Source: Elusimicrobiota bacterium (GTDB lineage Bacteria > Elusimicrobiota > Endomicrobiia > Endomicrobiales > JBDRNC01). From it: a stretch of DNA of 64,000 nt. How positions within the stretch are numbered: position 1 is the first letter of the stretch; each line of letters begins with the position of its first letter. The notes beneath the pieces are model-generated. The model ran no database searches and had not been told where the DNA came from. It saw only the letters and a program-made list of their open reading frames with translations. The stretch spans positions 1 through 64,000 of the forward strand of contig JBDRNC010000021.1 of assembly GCA_043811535.1 (NCBI GenBank), in the 5' to 3' direction. Below, piece after piece: positions 28,687-37,366 of this stretch. The position numbers and the translations under genes are program-made.

Positions 28687-29857
28687 ATTTTATCGCTTGT
28701 TCCAGTCTATCCAATCCGTTCTTAATATTTTCCATCGAGGTGGCGTAGGAGAGGCGGATGTAGCCGGGGGCGCCGAACGGATCTCCGGGAACGACCGCTA
28801 TCTTGGCTTTTTCAAGCAAAAACTCGGCGAATTTTACGGTGTCAGGCATTCCGAGTCGCTTCATTGCTTTTTTGACGTTTGGGAAGACGTAAAACGCTCC
28901 CTGGGGCTTAAGGCACTTGATGCCCTTTATTGAGTTTAGCCTGTCAACGATATAATCGCGCCTCTTTTCAAATTCCTGCCTCATAGTTTTCACGCTGTCC
29001 TGCGGTCCGTTGAGCGCTTCCACTGCGGCTTTCAGCGCTATCGAAGTCGGGTTTGAGGTTGACTGACTCTGGATGTTGGTCATCGCGTCGATTATTTCTT
29101 TTTGGCCCGCGGTATAGCCAATGCGCCAGCCGGTCATCGCGTGAGATTTTGAAACGCCGTTGATTACAATGGTTTTCTGCTTGATTTCGGGTGAAATGCT
29201 TGCTATTGAAGTGTGCCTGAAACCGCCGAAAACAAGTTTCTCGTATATTTCATCGGAAATTATGAGCACGTTGTTTTTGACGCAGATTTCGCCGATCGCC
29301 TTAAGTTCATCGGCGGTATATGCGGATCCGGTCGGGTTGGAGGGCGAATTCAATACGAGCGCTTTGGATTTTTTTGATATCGCTTTTTCGAGTTGTTCCG
29401 GCTTCATTTTGAAACCGTCGGTCTCGCTAGTCTTTACTACCTTGACCCTGGCTTCCGCAAGATATGCCATGTCGGGATATGAAACCCAGTACGGCGCGGG
29501 TACTATCAATTCGTCGCCTCGGCCCAGTATCGCCTGGAAAAGGTTGTAAAGCGAGTGTTTTGCCCCGCAGGAAACAATGATTTCCTCCGGCTTATAATCC
29601 AGGTTGTTATCTCTCTTGAATTTTGCTATTATTGCCTGCTTCAGATCGGGAGTGCCCGATACCGGACAGTACTTGGTAAATCCCGCGTCCAGCGCCTTTT
29701 TAGCGGCTTCTTTGATATTTGCGGGTGTGTCAAAATCGGGTTCTCCGGCTCCGTAGCTGATGATGTCAACTCCCTGGGCTTTCAGGGCTTTTGCCTTTGA
29801 ATCTATGGCCAGAGTGGGCGACGGTTTGATGCTTTGGGCGCGTTTTGATAGAAGCAT
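28685..29857 (-). CDS. aspC: PLP-dependent class I/II aminotransferase (aspartate aminotransferase-like)
   Basis: GEPDF, NSPSNPTG, SDEIY, SKSHAMTGWRIGY. Confidence 0.9.
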   Translation of the reverse strand: MLLSKRAQSIKPSPTLAIDSKAKALKAQGVDIISYGAGEPDFDTPANIKEAAKKALDAGFTKYCPVSGTPDLKQAIIAKFKRDNNLDYKPEEIIVSCGAKHSLYNLFQAILGRGDELIVPAPYWVSYPDMAYLAEARVKVVKTSETDGFKMKPEQLEKAISKKSKALVLNSPSNPTGSAYTADELKAIGEICVKNNVLIISDEIYEKLVFGGFRHTSIASISPEIKQKTIVINGVSKSHAMTGWRIGYTAGQKEIIDAMTNIQSQSTSNPTSIALKAAVEALNGPQDSVKTMRQEFEKRRDYIVDRLNSIKGIKCLKPQGAFYVFPNVKKAMKRLGMPDTVKFAEFLLEKAKIAVVPGDPFGAPGYIRLSYATSMENIKNGLDRLEQAIK

Positions 29858-29956
29858 GATAAATCCCCTTAATTTAACTGTTTTTTAAGGCACATTTAAG
29901 CTTCCGGGACGCCGTTGGCCCGTCAACCATCCGTGCGTTTTAACTGACGAATTTCC

Positions 29957-29986
29957 TTGACAATAGCTGTCAAAAAGTGCTATTAT
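29957..29986 (+). promoter_or_regulatory. Probable sigma70 promoter of rplU-rpmA-obgE
   Basis: TTGACA-N18-TATTAT with TG extension; TTGACA-N5-TGTCAA palindrome. Confidence 0.55.
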
Positions 29987-30012
29987 TATACAGTTTAGAA
30001 AGGAGCAAGTCA

Positions 30013-30324
30013 ATGTACGCAGTCATCCAGACAGGCGGAAAACAGTACCGTGTAGAAGAAGGAAACAGGATTCTTGTCGAGAAACTCGACGTAGAAACGG
30101 GTAAAGAAGTAATTCTTGATAAAGTACTTCTGATAGGCGACGGCGATAAAGTGATTGTCGGCAGGCCCATGGTTTCGGGCGCCAAGGTCATAGCCGGCGT
30201 GCTCGGCCAGGAAAGAGGCGTCAAGGTCATTGTATTCAAAAAGCGTTCCAAAAAGGGATACAAGAAAACGCAGGGCCACCGCCAGAATTATACTGAAATT
30301 GAGATAAAGAAGATCCAGCAGTAG
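30013..30324 (+). CDS. rplU: 50S ribosomal protein L21 (start ATG 30013 after AGGAG)
   Basis: MYAVIQTGGKQYRV, GHRQNYT. Confidence 0.97.
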   Translation: MYAVIQTGGKQYRVEEGNRILVEKLDVETGKEVILDKVLLIGDGDKVIVGRPMVSGAKVIAGVLGQERGVKVIVFKKRSKKGYKKTQGHRQNYTEIEIKKIQQ

Positions 30325-30386
30325 CTGTCAAGGCGTTCACTATAATGACTGATAAATGAACGCCTTTTATTATTTGGAGGATTTCA

Positions 30387-30653
30387 ATGGCTCACACTAA
30401 ATCGCAAGGTTCATCATCTAACGGCCGCGACTCCGCGGGTCAACGCTTAGGCGTGAAAGTATTCGGAGAACAGAAAGTCAACGCCGGGCAGATCATCATC
30501 CGCCAGTGCGGAACTAAGTTCCATCCCGGCAAGAACGTCGGGATGGGTAAGGATAGCACGCTTTTCGCCAAAAGACCCGGAATAGTCAGGTTCACCAGGA
30601 AATCCGGCGAAAGACGCGTCGTGAATATCGTGCCAGTGGAAGCGAAAGCGTAA
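30387..30653 (+). CDS. rpmA: 50S ribosomal protein L27
   Basis: [21 protein letters not shown]. Confidence 0.98.
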   Translation: MAHTKSQGSSSNGRDSAGQRLGVKVFGEQKVNAGQIIIRQCGTKFHPGKNVGMGKDSTLFAKRPGIVRFTRKSGERRVVNIVPVEAKA

Positions 30654-30656
30654 GAA

Positions 30657-30744
30657 TAGCAATTAGCGATTAGTAATTGGTGATTAGTTAGAAGAAAATG
30701 ACAGTATCTTTTACCAATAGCTAATTGCAAATTACTGATAGCTG
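30657..30744. repeat. Heptamer palindromic element, AGCAATT family
   Basis: agcaatt agcgatt agtaatt ggtgatt / aatagct aattgca aattact gatagct. Confidence 0.9.
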
Positions 30745-30753
30745 ACTCTAAAT

Positions 30754-32004
30754 ATGTTCATCGACAAAGCTCGTATCTACGTTACAGCCGGCAGCGGTGG
30801 CTCCGGCTGTATTTCTTTTCGCAGGGAAAAACACGTGCCTTTGGGCGGACCGGACGGCGGGAACGGCGGCAAAGGCGGCGATGTGTATATTTACGCCGAT
30901 CCGCACAAGAACACGCTGCTCGACCTTACGTACAGCCCTCACTACAAGGCGAGCGACGGCGCCAAAGGTATGCCGAGCAAGATGTACGGCAAGAGCTCCG
31001 AGGATCTTATCATCAAAGCGCCCATTGGTACCGTCGTGTATTCCGCGGGCGAACTGATAGCCGACCTCAAAGCTCCCGGGCAGAAGGAATTGCTGGCAAA
31101 AGGCGGGCGCGGCGGAAGGGGAAACGCGGTTTTTAAAACGCGCCGGCACACCGCCCCTCGCATAGCCGAGAAAGGCGAGCCCGGCGAGAGCTTCACGTTT
31201 GAACTTGAGTTGAAACTTATCGCGGACGTCGGCCTCGTGGGTTTTCCAAACGCGGGAAAATCGACGTTTCTTTCGCACGTCAGTTCAGCACGCCCCAAAA
31301 TAGCCGATTATCCTTTCACGACGCTCGCTCCCAATCTGGGCGTGGTGAGTTACGGCGAGAAAAAGATGGTAGTTGCCGACATACCCGGACTCATCGAGGG
31401 CGCGCATGAGGGAAAGGGCCTCGGCGACGAGTTTCTGCGACACATCCAGCGTACGCGACTGATAATACACATCGTGGACCTTTTCGGTTTTGACAACAAA
31501 CCTGCCTATAAAAACTTTAAAGCCATAAACTCCGAGTTATCAAAATATTCCAAGAAACTTGCCGCCAAGCCCATGATAATCGCCGCGAACAAGACGGACC
31601 TTACCGGCGCGAAAGAGAAACTGTCCGAGCTGAAGAAGCGCCTGAAAGTCAGGAAGATATTCCCGATTTCGGCGGTGAGCGGCGAAGGCGTGAAGGAGCT
31701 GCTGGCGCAGGCGCTGAAAACGCTCGAGTCAATCCCGGATGAAGAGCAAACCGATGAAATACCTGTAAAAAAATACATCTACGAGCCGGATTTTGTTATT
31801 TCCCGCGACGGCGACGTTTTTGTTGTCGTCGGAAAGAGAATAGAGAAGCTTGCGGCGATGACCGATTTTAAAAATGAGGACACGCTCAGGCGTTTCCATA
31901 ACATTATCAAAAAGATCGGTTTGGAAAAGGCGTTAATTGAGCGCGGTATCGTTCCGGGTAATATTGTCAGGATCGGAAAAGAAGAACTGGTATTTGAAAG
32001 ATAA
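30754..32004 (+). CDS. obgE: GTPase Obg/CgtA with C-terminal DUF1967
   Basis: SFRREK, GFPNAGKST, DYPFTT, DIPGLIEGA, ANKTD. Confidence 0.97.
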   Translation: MFIDKARIYVTAGSGGSGCISFRREKHVPLGGPDGGNGGKGGDVYIYADPHKNTLLDLTYSPHYKASDGAKGMPSKMYGKSSEDLIIKAPIGTVVYSAGELIADLKAPGQKELLAKGGRGGRGNAVFKTRRHTAPRIAEKGEPGESFTFELELKLIADVGLVGFPNAGKSTFLSHVSSARPKIADYPFTTLAPNLGVVSYGEKKMVVADIPGLIEGAHEGKGLGDEFLRHIQRTRLIIHIVDLFGFDNKPAYKNFKAINSELSKYSKKLAAKPMIIAANKTDLTGAKEKLSELKKRLKVRKIFPISAVSGEGVKELLAQALKTLESIPDEEQTDEIPVKKYIYEPDFVISRDGDVFVVVGKRIEKLAAMTDFKNEDTLRRFHNIIKKIGLEKALIERGIVPGNIVRIGKEELVFER

Positions 32005-32015
32005 TAACAAGTGAT

Positions 32016-32095
32016 AAGAGAATAGTGAATAGGGATTAGGATTTTAAAATATTATAGAAGTCTTTCTAAGTCCTATTCTCTAAGCACTATTCCCT
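32016..32095. repeat. Heptamer palindromic element, GAATAGG/CTATTCC family
   Basis: agagaat agtgaat agggatt / ctattct ctaagca ctattcc. Confidence 0.85.
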
Positions 32096-32140
32096 CGATT
32101 TATTCTTTGTTGAAAAACAACGTCAAAAGAGTTAAAATTA

Positions 32141-32241
32141 GCGCAGAAACACGCAGATAATTAAAGCAGATTTATTCACAGATTAACGCAGATAGGAATT
32201 ATCTGCGGCAATCTGCGTCTGAAAATCTGTATAATCCGCGT
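32141..32241. repeat. ACGCAGAT/ATCTGCGT (9-10-mer) palindromic element
   Basis: acgcagat..agcagat..cacagat..acgcagat / atctgcgg..atctgcgt..atctgt..atccgcgt. Confidence 0.85.
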
Positions 32242-32257
32242 AATGGGGGAGGGGGAA

Positions 32258-32902
32258 ATGGAACAGGAAAAACCTCGCGAGAAGCTGGCAAGGCTGGGGG
32301 CCGAGGCGCTTAAATCGGAAGAACTGCTTGCGATCATGCTCGGAACGGGCTACAAAGGCAAAAATGTGTTCGGGCTGGCAAGGGAAGTTCTTTTGAACCA
32401 TACGGCTGAAAAATTTGTCAGACTGACATTCAAGGATCTTTCTCAGATCAAGGGCATAGGCTTTTCAAAGGCTGCTTCGATTAAGGCATCGTTTGAGTTT
32501 GCAAAGAGATGCATTGAAGGGGCGAGTTATCCGCCGCTTTCAAAGCCGTTGGATGTTCTGCCGATAGTCGGCGATCTCTGCGGAAAAAAGAAGGAGAATT
32601 TCGTCGTCTTTTTCCTCAACGGCCGAAACCAGGTGATTTCCAGGGAAACAATATCTGTCGGCACGCTTAATGCCAGCCTGGTCCATCCGCGAGAGGTCTT
32701 TGAACCCGCCATAAGGAGCGTCGCGGCGGGAGTGATACTGGTTCACAATCATCCGTCCGGCGACTGCACTCCTTCCGAAGACGACATTGAAATTACCAGG
32801 CGCCTATCTGATGCCGGAAAAATAATCGGAATAGAGGTTGTAGACCATATAATAGTCGGCGGCGAAGGATATATTAGTTTCAAGGAAAAAGGGCTTTTGT
32901 AA
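32258..32902 (+). CDS. radC: RadC/JAB domain protein
   Basis: PREKL, GTLNASLVHPREVF, HNHPSGD, DHII. Confidence 0.93.
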   Translation: MEQEKPREKLARLGAEALKSEELLAIMLGTGYKGKNVFGLAREVLLNHTAEKFVRLTFKDLSQIKGIGFSKAASIKASFEFAKRCIEGASYPPLSKPLDVLPIVGDLCGKKKENFVVFFLNGRNQVISRETISVGTLNASLVHPREVFEPAIRSVAAGVILVHNHPSGDCTPSEDDIEITRRLSDAGKIIGIEVVDHIIVGGEGYISFKEKGLL

Positions 32903-32905
32903 ATA

Positions 32906-32980
32906 CAATTACAGATTACACATTACAAATTTGCGACTTAATTCATTTAATCTGTAATTTGTAATCTGAAATATGTAATT
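32906..32980. repeat. Heptamer palindromic element, TTACAGA family
   Basis: attacag attacac attacaa / ctgtaat ttgtaat ctgaaat atgtaat. Confidence 0.9.
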
Positions 32981-32995
32981 AGTATTAGAGGCATA

Positions 32996-33208
32996 ATGAA
33001 TCGTCAGTGCTCAGCAGATAAAAATAAAAGCAAATGCAACTGCAACTGTACATATGAGCCTTGCCCGCGAAAGGGTATTTGCTGCGAGTGCATCTCGTAC
33101 CACTGGTTTTCAGGCAGGGAGCTTCCCGCCTGCTTTTTCTCTCCTGGAGCTGAGCGGACATATGACCGCTCGCTTGATAATTTCCTGAAAGACTGCAAAA
33201 AGCGATGA
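32996..33208 (+). CDS. Small cysteine-rich protein (DUF6485-like)
   Basis: [31 protein letters not shown] upstream. Confidence 0.7.
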   Translation: MNRQCSADKNKSKCNCNCTYEPCPRKGICCECISYHWFSGRELPACFFSPGAERTYDRSLDNFLKDCKKR

Positions 33209-33606
33209 CCAAGACGCTAAGACTTTTCTCTTTGTGGCTTCCGGTAGGGCTTTGGTGCTCGCTGATCTTTTATATGTCCGCGGTCCCGTTTCTCAAAACC
33301 GAATTGGGTTTTTGGGATTTAGTGCTCAGGAAAATAGCCCACATGGTTGAATTCGGGACGCTTTTCCTCCTGGCGAGGAGAGCGCTGAAAAACAGCGGAT
33401 TCGGGCTTGCGCTTAAAGAAGTGAATCTGGCATCCTTCGTATTTTCGATGCTGTACGCGGTTTCCGACGAATATCACCAGGCCTTCGTGCCCGGGCGCGG
33501 CCCGTCTCCGGTAGACGCGGGAATTGATACGATAGGGATAACATTTGCCTATATAATCAGTAAAACATTACAAATTACAAATTTCAAATTACAGATTAAA
33601 AGATAA
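33205..33606 (+). CDS. VanZ family membrane protein
   Basis: [25 protein letters not shown]. Confidence 0.88.
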   Translation: MTKTLRLFSLWLPVGLWCSLIFYMSAVPFLKTELGFWDLVLRKIAHMVEFGTLFLLARRALKNSGFGLALKEVNLASFVFSMLYAVSDEYHQAFVPGRGPSPVDAGIDTIGITFAYIISKTLQITNFKLQIKR

Positions 33607-33639
33607 GATGCAGTCAATTTGTAATATGTAATCTGTAAT
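33567..33639. repeat. TTACAAA element whose 5' arm is the VanZ C-terminus
   Basis: attacaa attacaa atttcaa attacag ([10 protein letters not shown]) / ttgtaat atgtaat ctgtaat. Confidence 0.88.
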
Positions 33640-33674
33640 AAAAGCGACATTTATAGAGAAAAGAACACATTTTT

Positions 33675-34508
33675 ATGAAGAACATTATAATATTGATATT
33701 TATTTCTGTTATCCTGATATCCGGCTGCGGGCCCGGGGCTGATTTTGACCACGCTAGAAGCCTTGAGAAGCGCGGATACTACGTCGAGGCCGGCCTCGAG
33801 TACGACAAACTGGTCAGGGAAAATCCCGATTACCCCAAATCCCCGGAAGCGCTGTACAGGCTCGGAAAGATTTACCAGAAAAAGATCAAGCTCTATCCGC
33901 ACGCGAAGAAATATTTTCAAAATCTTATAGACAGCTATCCGGACGCGCTGCCGTGGAGCGAATCGGCGAAAAGGGAGATACTTAACTGCCCGGACTATTT
34001 TCCGCTGACTAATGGCAGTTTCTGGATAGAAGGTGATTCCGCCACGGGCGGGCGCAATATGAGGGCCGAGTGGAACTGCCAGGAAATTTCAAGCGGCACG
34101 TTCAGGATCACGCGCAAGATCTCGGCCGGCGCAAAGCTGGTCACGACGATTTACAGGTATTTCAGGAAAGCCGAATTTGAGTTCCGGGAGTATACCGATA
34201 AGGACGCGCCGGCGTATACGATAGTTTATTCTTATCCCCTTGAAAAAGGCAGGGAATGGAAAACGTCTAGGGACGGAAGAATGATACTATGCAGGATCCT
34301 TGAAAAAGACATACCGGTCAGTGTGAAAGCCGGCAACTTTACCGGCTGCATAAAAATAAGCGAAGAAAGCCCAAGTCTTCCGGGTTCAAGAAAATTCAAC
34401 TATTACGCCCCTGACGTCGGCTGGATACTGACCACTACTTCGGCCTCAGGCCAGGAATTCAGGAACACCGAACTGATATCATATAAAATAATGCCGGCGA
34501 ATGAATAG
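33675..34508 (+). CDS. Predicted lipoprotein with TPR-like N-terminal region
   Basis: Lipobox LISGC; helical YP..PEALYRLG repeats; beta-rich C-terminus VKAGNF..YYAPDVGW. Confidence 0.7.
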   Translation: MKNIIILIFISVILISGCGPGADFDHARSLEKRGYYVEAGLEYDKLVRENPDYPKSPEALYRLGKIYQKKIKLYPHAKKYFQNLIDSYPDALPWSESAKREILNCPDYFPLTNGSFWIEGDSATGGRNMRAEWNCQEISSGTFRITRKISAGAKLVTTIYRYFRKAEFEFREYTDKDAPAYTIVYSYPLEKGREWKTSRDGRMILCRILEKDIPVSVKAGNFTGCIKISEESPSLPGSRKFNYYAPDVGWILTTTSASGQEFRNTELISYKIMPANE

Positions 34509-34580
34509 AAGGAAGACAGAAGACCGAAGACGGAAGAAAAAGAGTTCTGACTTCCTGCTTCATTCTTCCATCTTCCGTCT
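34507..34580. repeat. Heptamer palindromic element, GGAAGAC family
   Basis: agaagga agacaga agaccga agacgga / cttcctg cttcatt cttccat cttccgt. Confidence 0.9.
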
Positions 34581-34602
34581 AAATCAACCGGAGGTTGATG
34601 CT

Positions 34603-34875
34603 ATGGATTGGAAAGCGTTTCTCGCCACGTTCGGAATGATATTCCTGGCGGAGCTCGGGGATAAGACTCAGCTTGCCGCTATAAGCATGACGTCTTCGAC
34701 AAAAAAACCCTGGGAGGTCTTTCTTGGGGCCACACTTGCGTTGGCTGTAGTCACGGCGATAGGAGTCATTTTTGGGCAAAGCCTCATGCGGATTGTGCCC
34801 GAACATGCGGTACATACCGGCGCCGGCATACTGTTTATACTGATCGGTGTACTTATTCTATTCGGCAAGTTCTAA
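34603..34875 (+). CDS. TMEM165/GDT1 (UPF0016) family cation transporter, single repeat
   Basis: ELGDKTQL motif; ATG 34603 after GGAGG. Confidence 0.88.
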   Translation: MDWKAFLATFGMIFLAELGDKTQLAAISMTSSTKKPWEVFLGATLALAVVTAIGVIFGQSLMRIVPEHAVHTGAGILFILIGVLILFGKF

Positions 34876-34877
34876 TT

Positions 34878-35228
34878 ATGGGCGAAGAAAAAAGAAAAAA
34901 ACCGCGCCTTAACACCGTGTGCCCCTGTATTCTTAAAGGACATTCGGGAGAATACCACGGGCTACTCAGGAACATAAGCGTCGGCGGCGTGAGCATGGAA
35001 CTGCATGACAACCTTGGGGAAAAAGATAATTATGAACTGGAGTTTATTCTCATTGAAGGGCCGCGGATACGAGTCCTCTCCAGGATCGCATGGTCGATGC
35101 CTCAGGGCAGCGCGCAAATATACGGTTTTGAATTCCTAGACCTCGGTTTATTTAAGCGCATCAAACTGAATTCTTACATCGTAAAACACCTGAAAAAGCA
35201 ACAACAAAAACGTAATGTGACTGCGTAG
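34878..35228 (+). CDS. PilZ domain protein
   Basis: RKKPR (RxxxR) and NISVGG (N/DxSxxG). Confidence 0.8.
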   Translation: MGEEKRKKPRLNTVCPCILKGHSGEYHGLLRNISVGGVSMELHDNLGEKDNYELEFILIEGPRIRVLSRIAWSMPQGSAQIYGFEFLDLGLFKRIKLNSYIVKHLKKQQQKRNVTA

Positions 35229-35241
35229 AAAGGAAAACAAA

Positions 35242-36273
35242 ATGAAGGTTGGAATAGCCGGCCTTGAATATGCCGGCAAGAAGAGTCTGTTCTCGCTTCT
35301 TACCGGGATTAAGGATGAAACTTCGTCAAAACGCATCGGCGTCATAAATGTCCCCGATCAGCGCGTTGACGCGCTGTCGGATTTCTATAAGTCAAAGAAG
35401 AAGGTCTATTCGCAGATAGAGTTTAACCTGTTGCCGTCCATTAAGAAGGAATCCGATGAAACAAAAAAGGCCCTGATGGACGCTAAATTCATGGATATGT
35501 TCGCTGTGGTAATAAGGCAATTCGCGGATGAAAATGTGTTCCATCCTTCGGGAAGCACGGATGTCAAGCGTGATTACGACGCCGTGAAGAACGAACTTCT
35601 ATTCGCGGACTTATACCTAGTTGAAACCCGGCTTGACCGCATAGATAAAGAGCTTAGATCCGAAAAAAGGGATATCCTTCTAAAAGAGAAAGAAGTCCTT
35701 GAGGTATTCCGCTCAAAACTTGAGAACGGCGCATTCCTAAACAGCGTGCAAATAGACGACGACAAATTGAAACTGGTGAAAAGCCTGAACTTCCTGACGA
35801 TGAAGCCGGTATTTGTCGTGGTCAACTGCGATGATAGCAGCGTAAAAGGCGAATTTGAATTTCCGGACGGTGTCAAATCGATAGCGGTTTCGGTAAAGAT
35901 AGAGAGCGAGATCCAGCAGCTGGACGAGAACTCCAAAAAGGAGTTCCTGTCGTCACTTAATCTGAAAGAACCGTCGCTGAACCGCATGATCAGGTTCGCT
36001 TATTCGTACGGCGACCTGATAACTTTTTTCACGGCCGGCGAAAAAGATTCGCACGCCTGGACGATAAAGAACGGGACACCGGCCCTCAGGGCCGCCGGCG
36101 CGATACACACGGACATTGAAAAGGGGTTTATCCGCGCGGAAATAGTGCATTATGACGATTTGATAAAGGCTGGTTCGGAAGCGGAAGCCAAGAGGCAGGG
36201 TCTTTACAGACTGGAAGGAAAAGAGTATATTATAAGGGACGGGGATATAGCCGTTTTCAGGTTTAACATATAG
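35242..36273 (+). CDS. YchF/OLA1-like protein with DUF933 TGS C-terminus, degenerate NTPase motifs
   Basis: VPDQRVD, ITFFTAG, AAGAIHTDIEKGFIRAE, RLEGKEY. Confidence 0.88.
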   Translation: MKVGIAGLEYAGKKSLFSLLTGIKDETSSKRIGVINVPDQRVDALSDFYKSKKKVYSQIEFNLLPSIKKESDETKKALMDAKFMDMFAVVIRQFADENVFHPSGSTDVKRDYDAVKNELLFADLYLVETRLDRIDKELRSEKRDILLKEKEVLEVFRSKLENGAFLNSVQIDDDKLKLVKSLNFLTMKPVFVVVNCDDSSVKGEFEFPDGVKSIAVSVKIESEIQQLDENSKKEFLSSLNLKEPSLNRMIRFAYSYGDLITFFTAGEKDSHAWTIKNGTPALRAAGAIHTDIEKGFIRAEIVHYDDLIKAGSEAEAKRQGLYRLEGKEYIIRDGDIAVFRFNI

Positions 36274-36367
36274 GTTTGTCAAGGGATATTTTTAAATATT
36301 TATTATATAGTATAGCAGGCAGTTGGGGGAAGTCCTGAGGTTCAATGAACCGAAGGCAGGAGGTCAT

Positions 36368-36706
36368 ATGCAGCAGGACAAATTCATAATGGACTTCCGA
36401 AAACTGCAGCGGCACGAGATGATTTGTTCAGTTATCATTTCCGACGGTGTAAGGGAAAGCTTCGGCATCATCAAGAATGTCAGCCAGAACGGGCTAAAGC
36501 TTGAAAGCGCGAACAGGTTTTTGATTAATAATACTTACACCATGAACTTCGTGCTTCCACACGGCCAGGAGCTGACGGTAAGGGGCAGATTCATATGGGT
36601 GAACAAAGGGGATACCTCATACACCTACGGCGCCAAGATCCATGACATCGGTTTTCTTACCCGTATGAGGTTGAAAGGTTATTTGAAGAGATTAAAGAGC
36701 AATTGA
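36368..36706 (+). CDS. PilZ domain protein (start likely ATG 36368)
   Basis: RKLQR, NVSQNG; C-terminus resembles 34878 protein. Confidence 0.7.
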   Translation: MQQDKFIMDFRKLQRHEMICSVIISDGVRESFGIIKNVSQNGLKLESANRFLINNTYTMNFVLPHGQELTVRGRFIWVNKGDTSYTYGAKIHDIGFLTRMRLKGYLKRLKSN

Positions 36707-37275
36707 CCCCGTTTCGCGGGATGTCCGGAGATGCTCAGCTGAAAACCCTAGACGAACTGATCAACAGCCGAAGGTCAATCAGGAAGTACCTTGAGAAAGC
36801 AGTTGAAAAAGAAAAGATAGAACAGGCGCTAGAATCCGCGCGCATGGCGCCTTCCGCGTGCAATGCCCAGCCTTGGCGTTTCGTAGTAACCACCGGCACT
36901 AAAAAAAACAAAATTATCAATGATGGGCTCGGCGGGCTGATTGTGTCCAATTCATGGACGAAAACCGTCCCTGTCATCGTTGTCGTCTGCAGCGTTTCAA
37001 GCCTTTTCACTCATAAGGTGGGAGAGAACATCCAAGGGACTCAGTATCATCTCATGGACTTGGGCATATCGATGGAACACTTCGTGCTCAAAGCTACGGA
37101 ACTGGGACTGGGTACCTGCTATATAGGGTGGTTCAACGGCAAACGCATCGGCAAACTGCTGAATATTCCTTCCTCATGGAAACCCGAATGTCTGATAACC
37201 GTGGGTTACCCGGATGAGAATCCGGAGCCGCGCCCCCGCAAACCGGCAGAAGAAATATTTAAATTTGAAGAATAG
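36703..37275 (+). CDS. Nitroreductase family protein (start uncertain)
   Basis: RRSIRKY, APSACNAQPWRF, LGLGTCYIG. Confidence 0.9.
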   Translation: MTPFRGMSGDAQLKTLDELINSRRSIRKYLEKAVEKEKIEQALESARMAPSACNAQPWRFVVTTGTKKNKIINDGLGGLIVSNSWTKTVPVIVVVCSVSSLFTHKVGENIQGTQYHLMDLGISMEHFVLKATELGLGTCYIGWFNGKRIGKLLNIPSSWKPECLITVGYPDENPEPRPRKPAEEIFKFEE

Positions 37276-37276
37276 A

Positions 37277-37344
37277 GGTTATATGGCTACATGGCTAAAT
37301 GGCTAAAGACTTTAGCAATCAACCATTTAACCATTTGACCATTT
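37277..37344. repeat. Octamer palindromic element, ATGGCTAA/TTAACCAT family
   Basis: atggctac atggctaa atggctaa / tcaaccat ttaaccat ttgaccat. Confidence 0.88.
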
Positions 37345-37366
37345 GGTTAATTAATCATTTAATTGT

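Noticed and set aside
34501..34602. N-terminal extension of the GDT1 protein (also extensions of rplE, rodA and rplU in the ORF track)
   Set aside because: These are translations of repeat or upstream DNA, and more plausible starts lie downstream.
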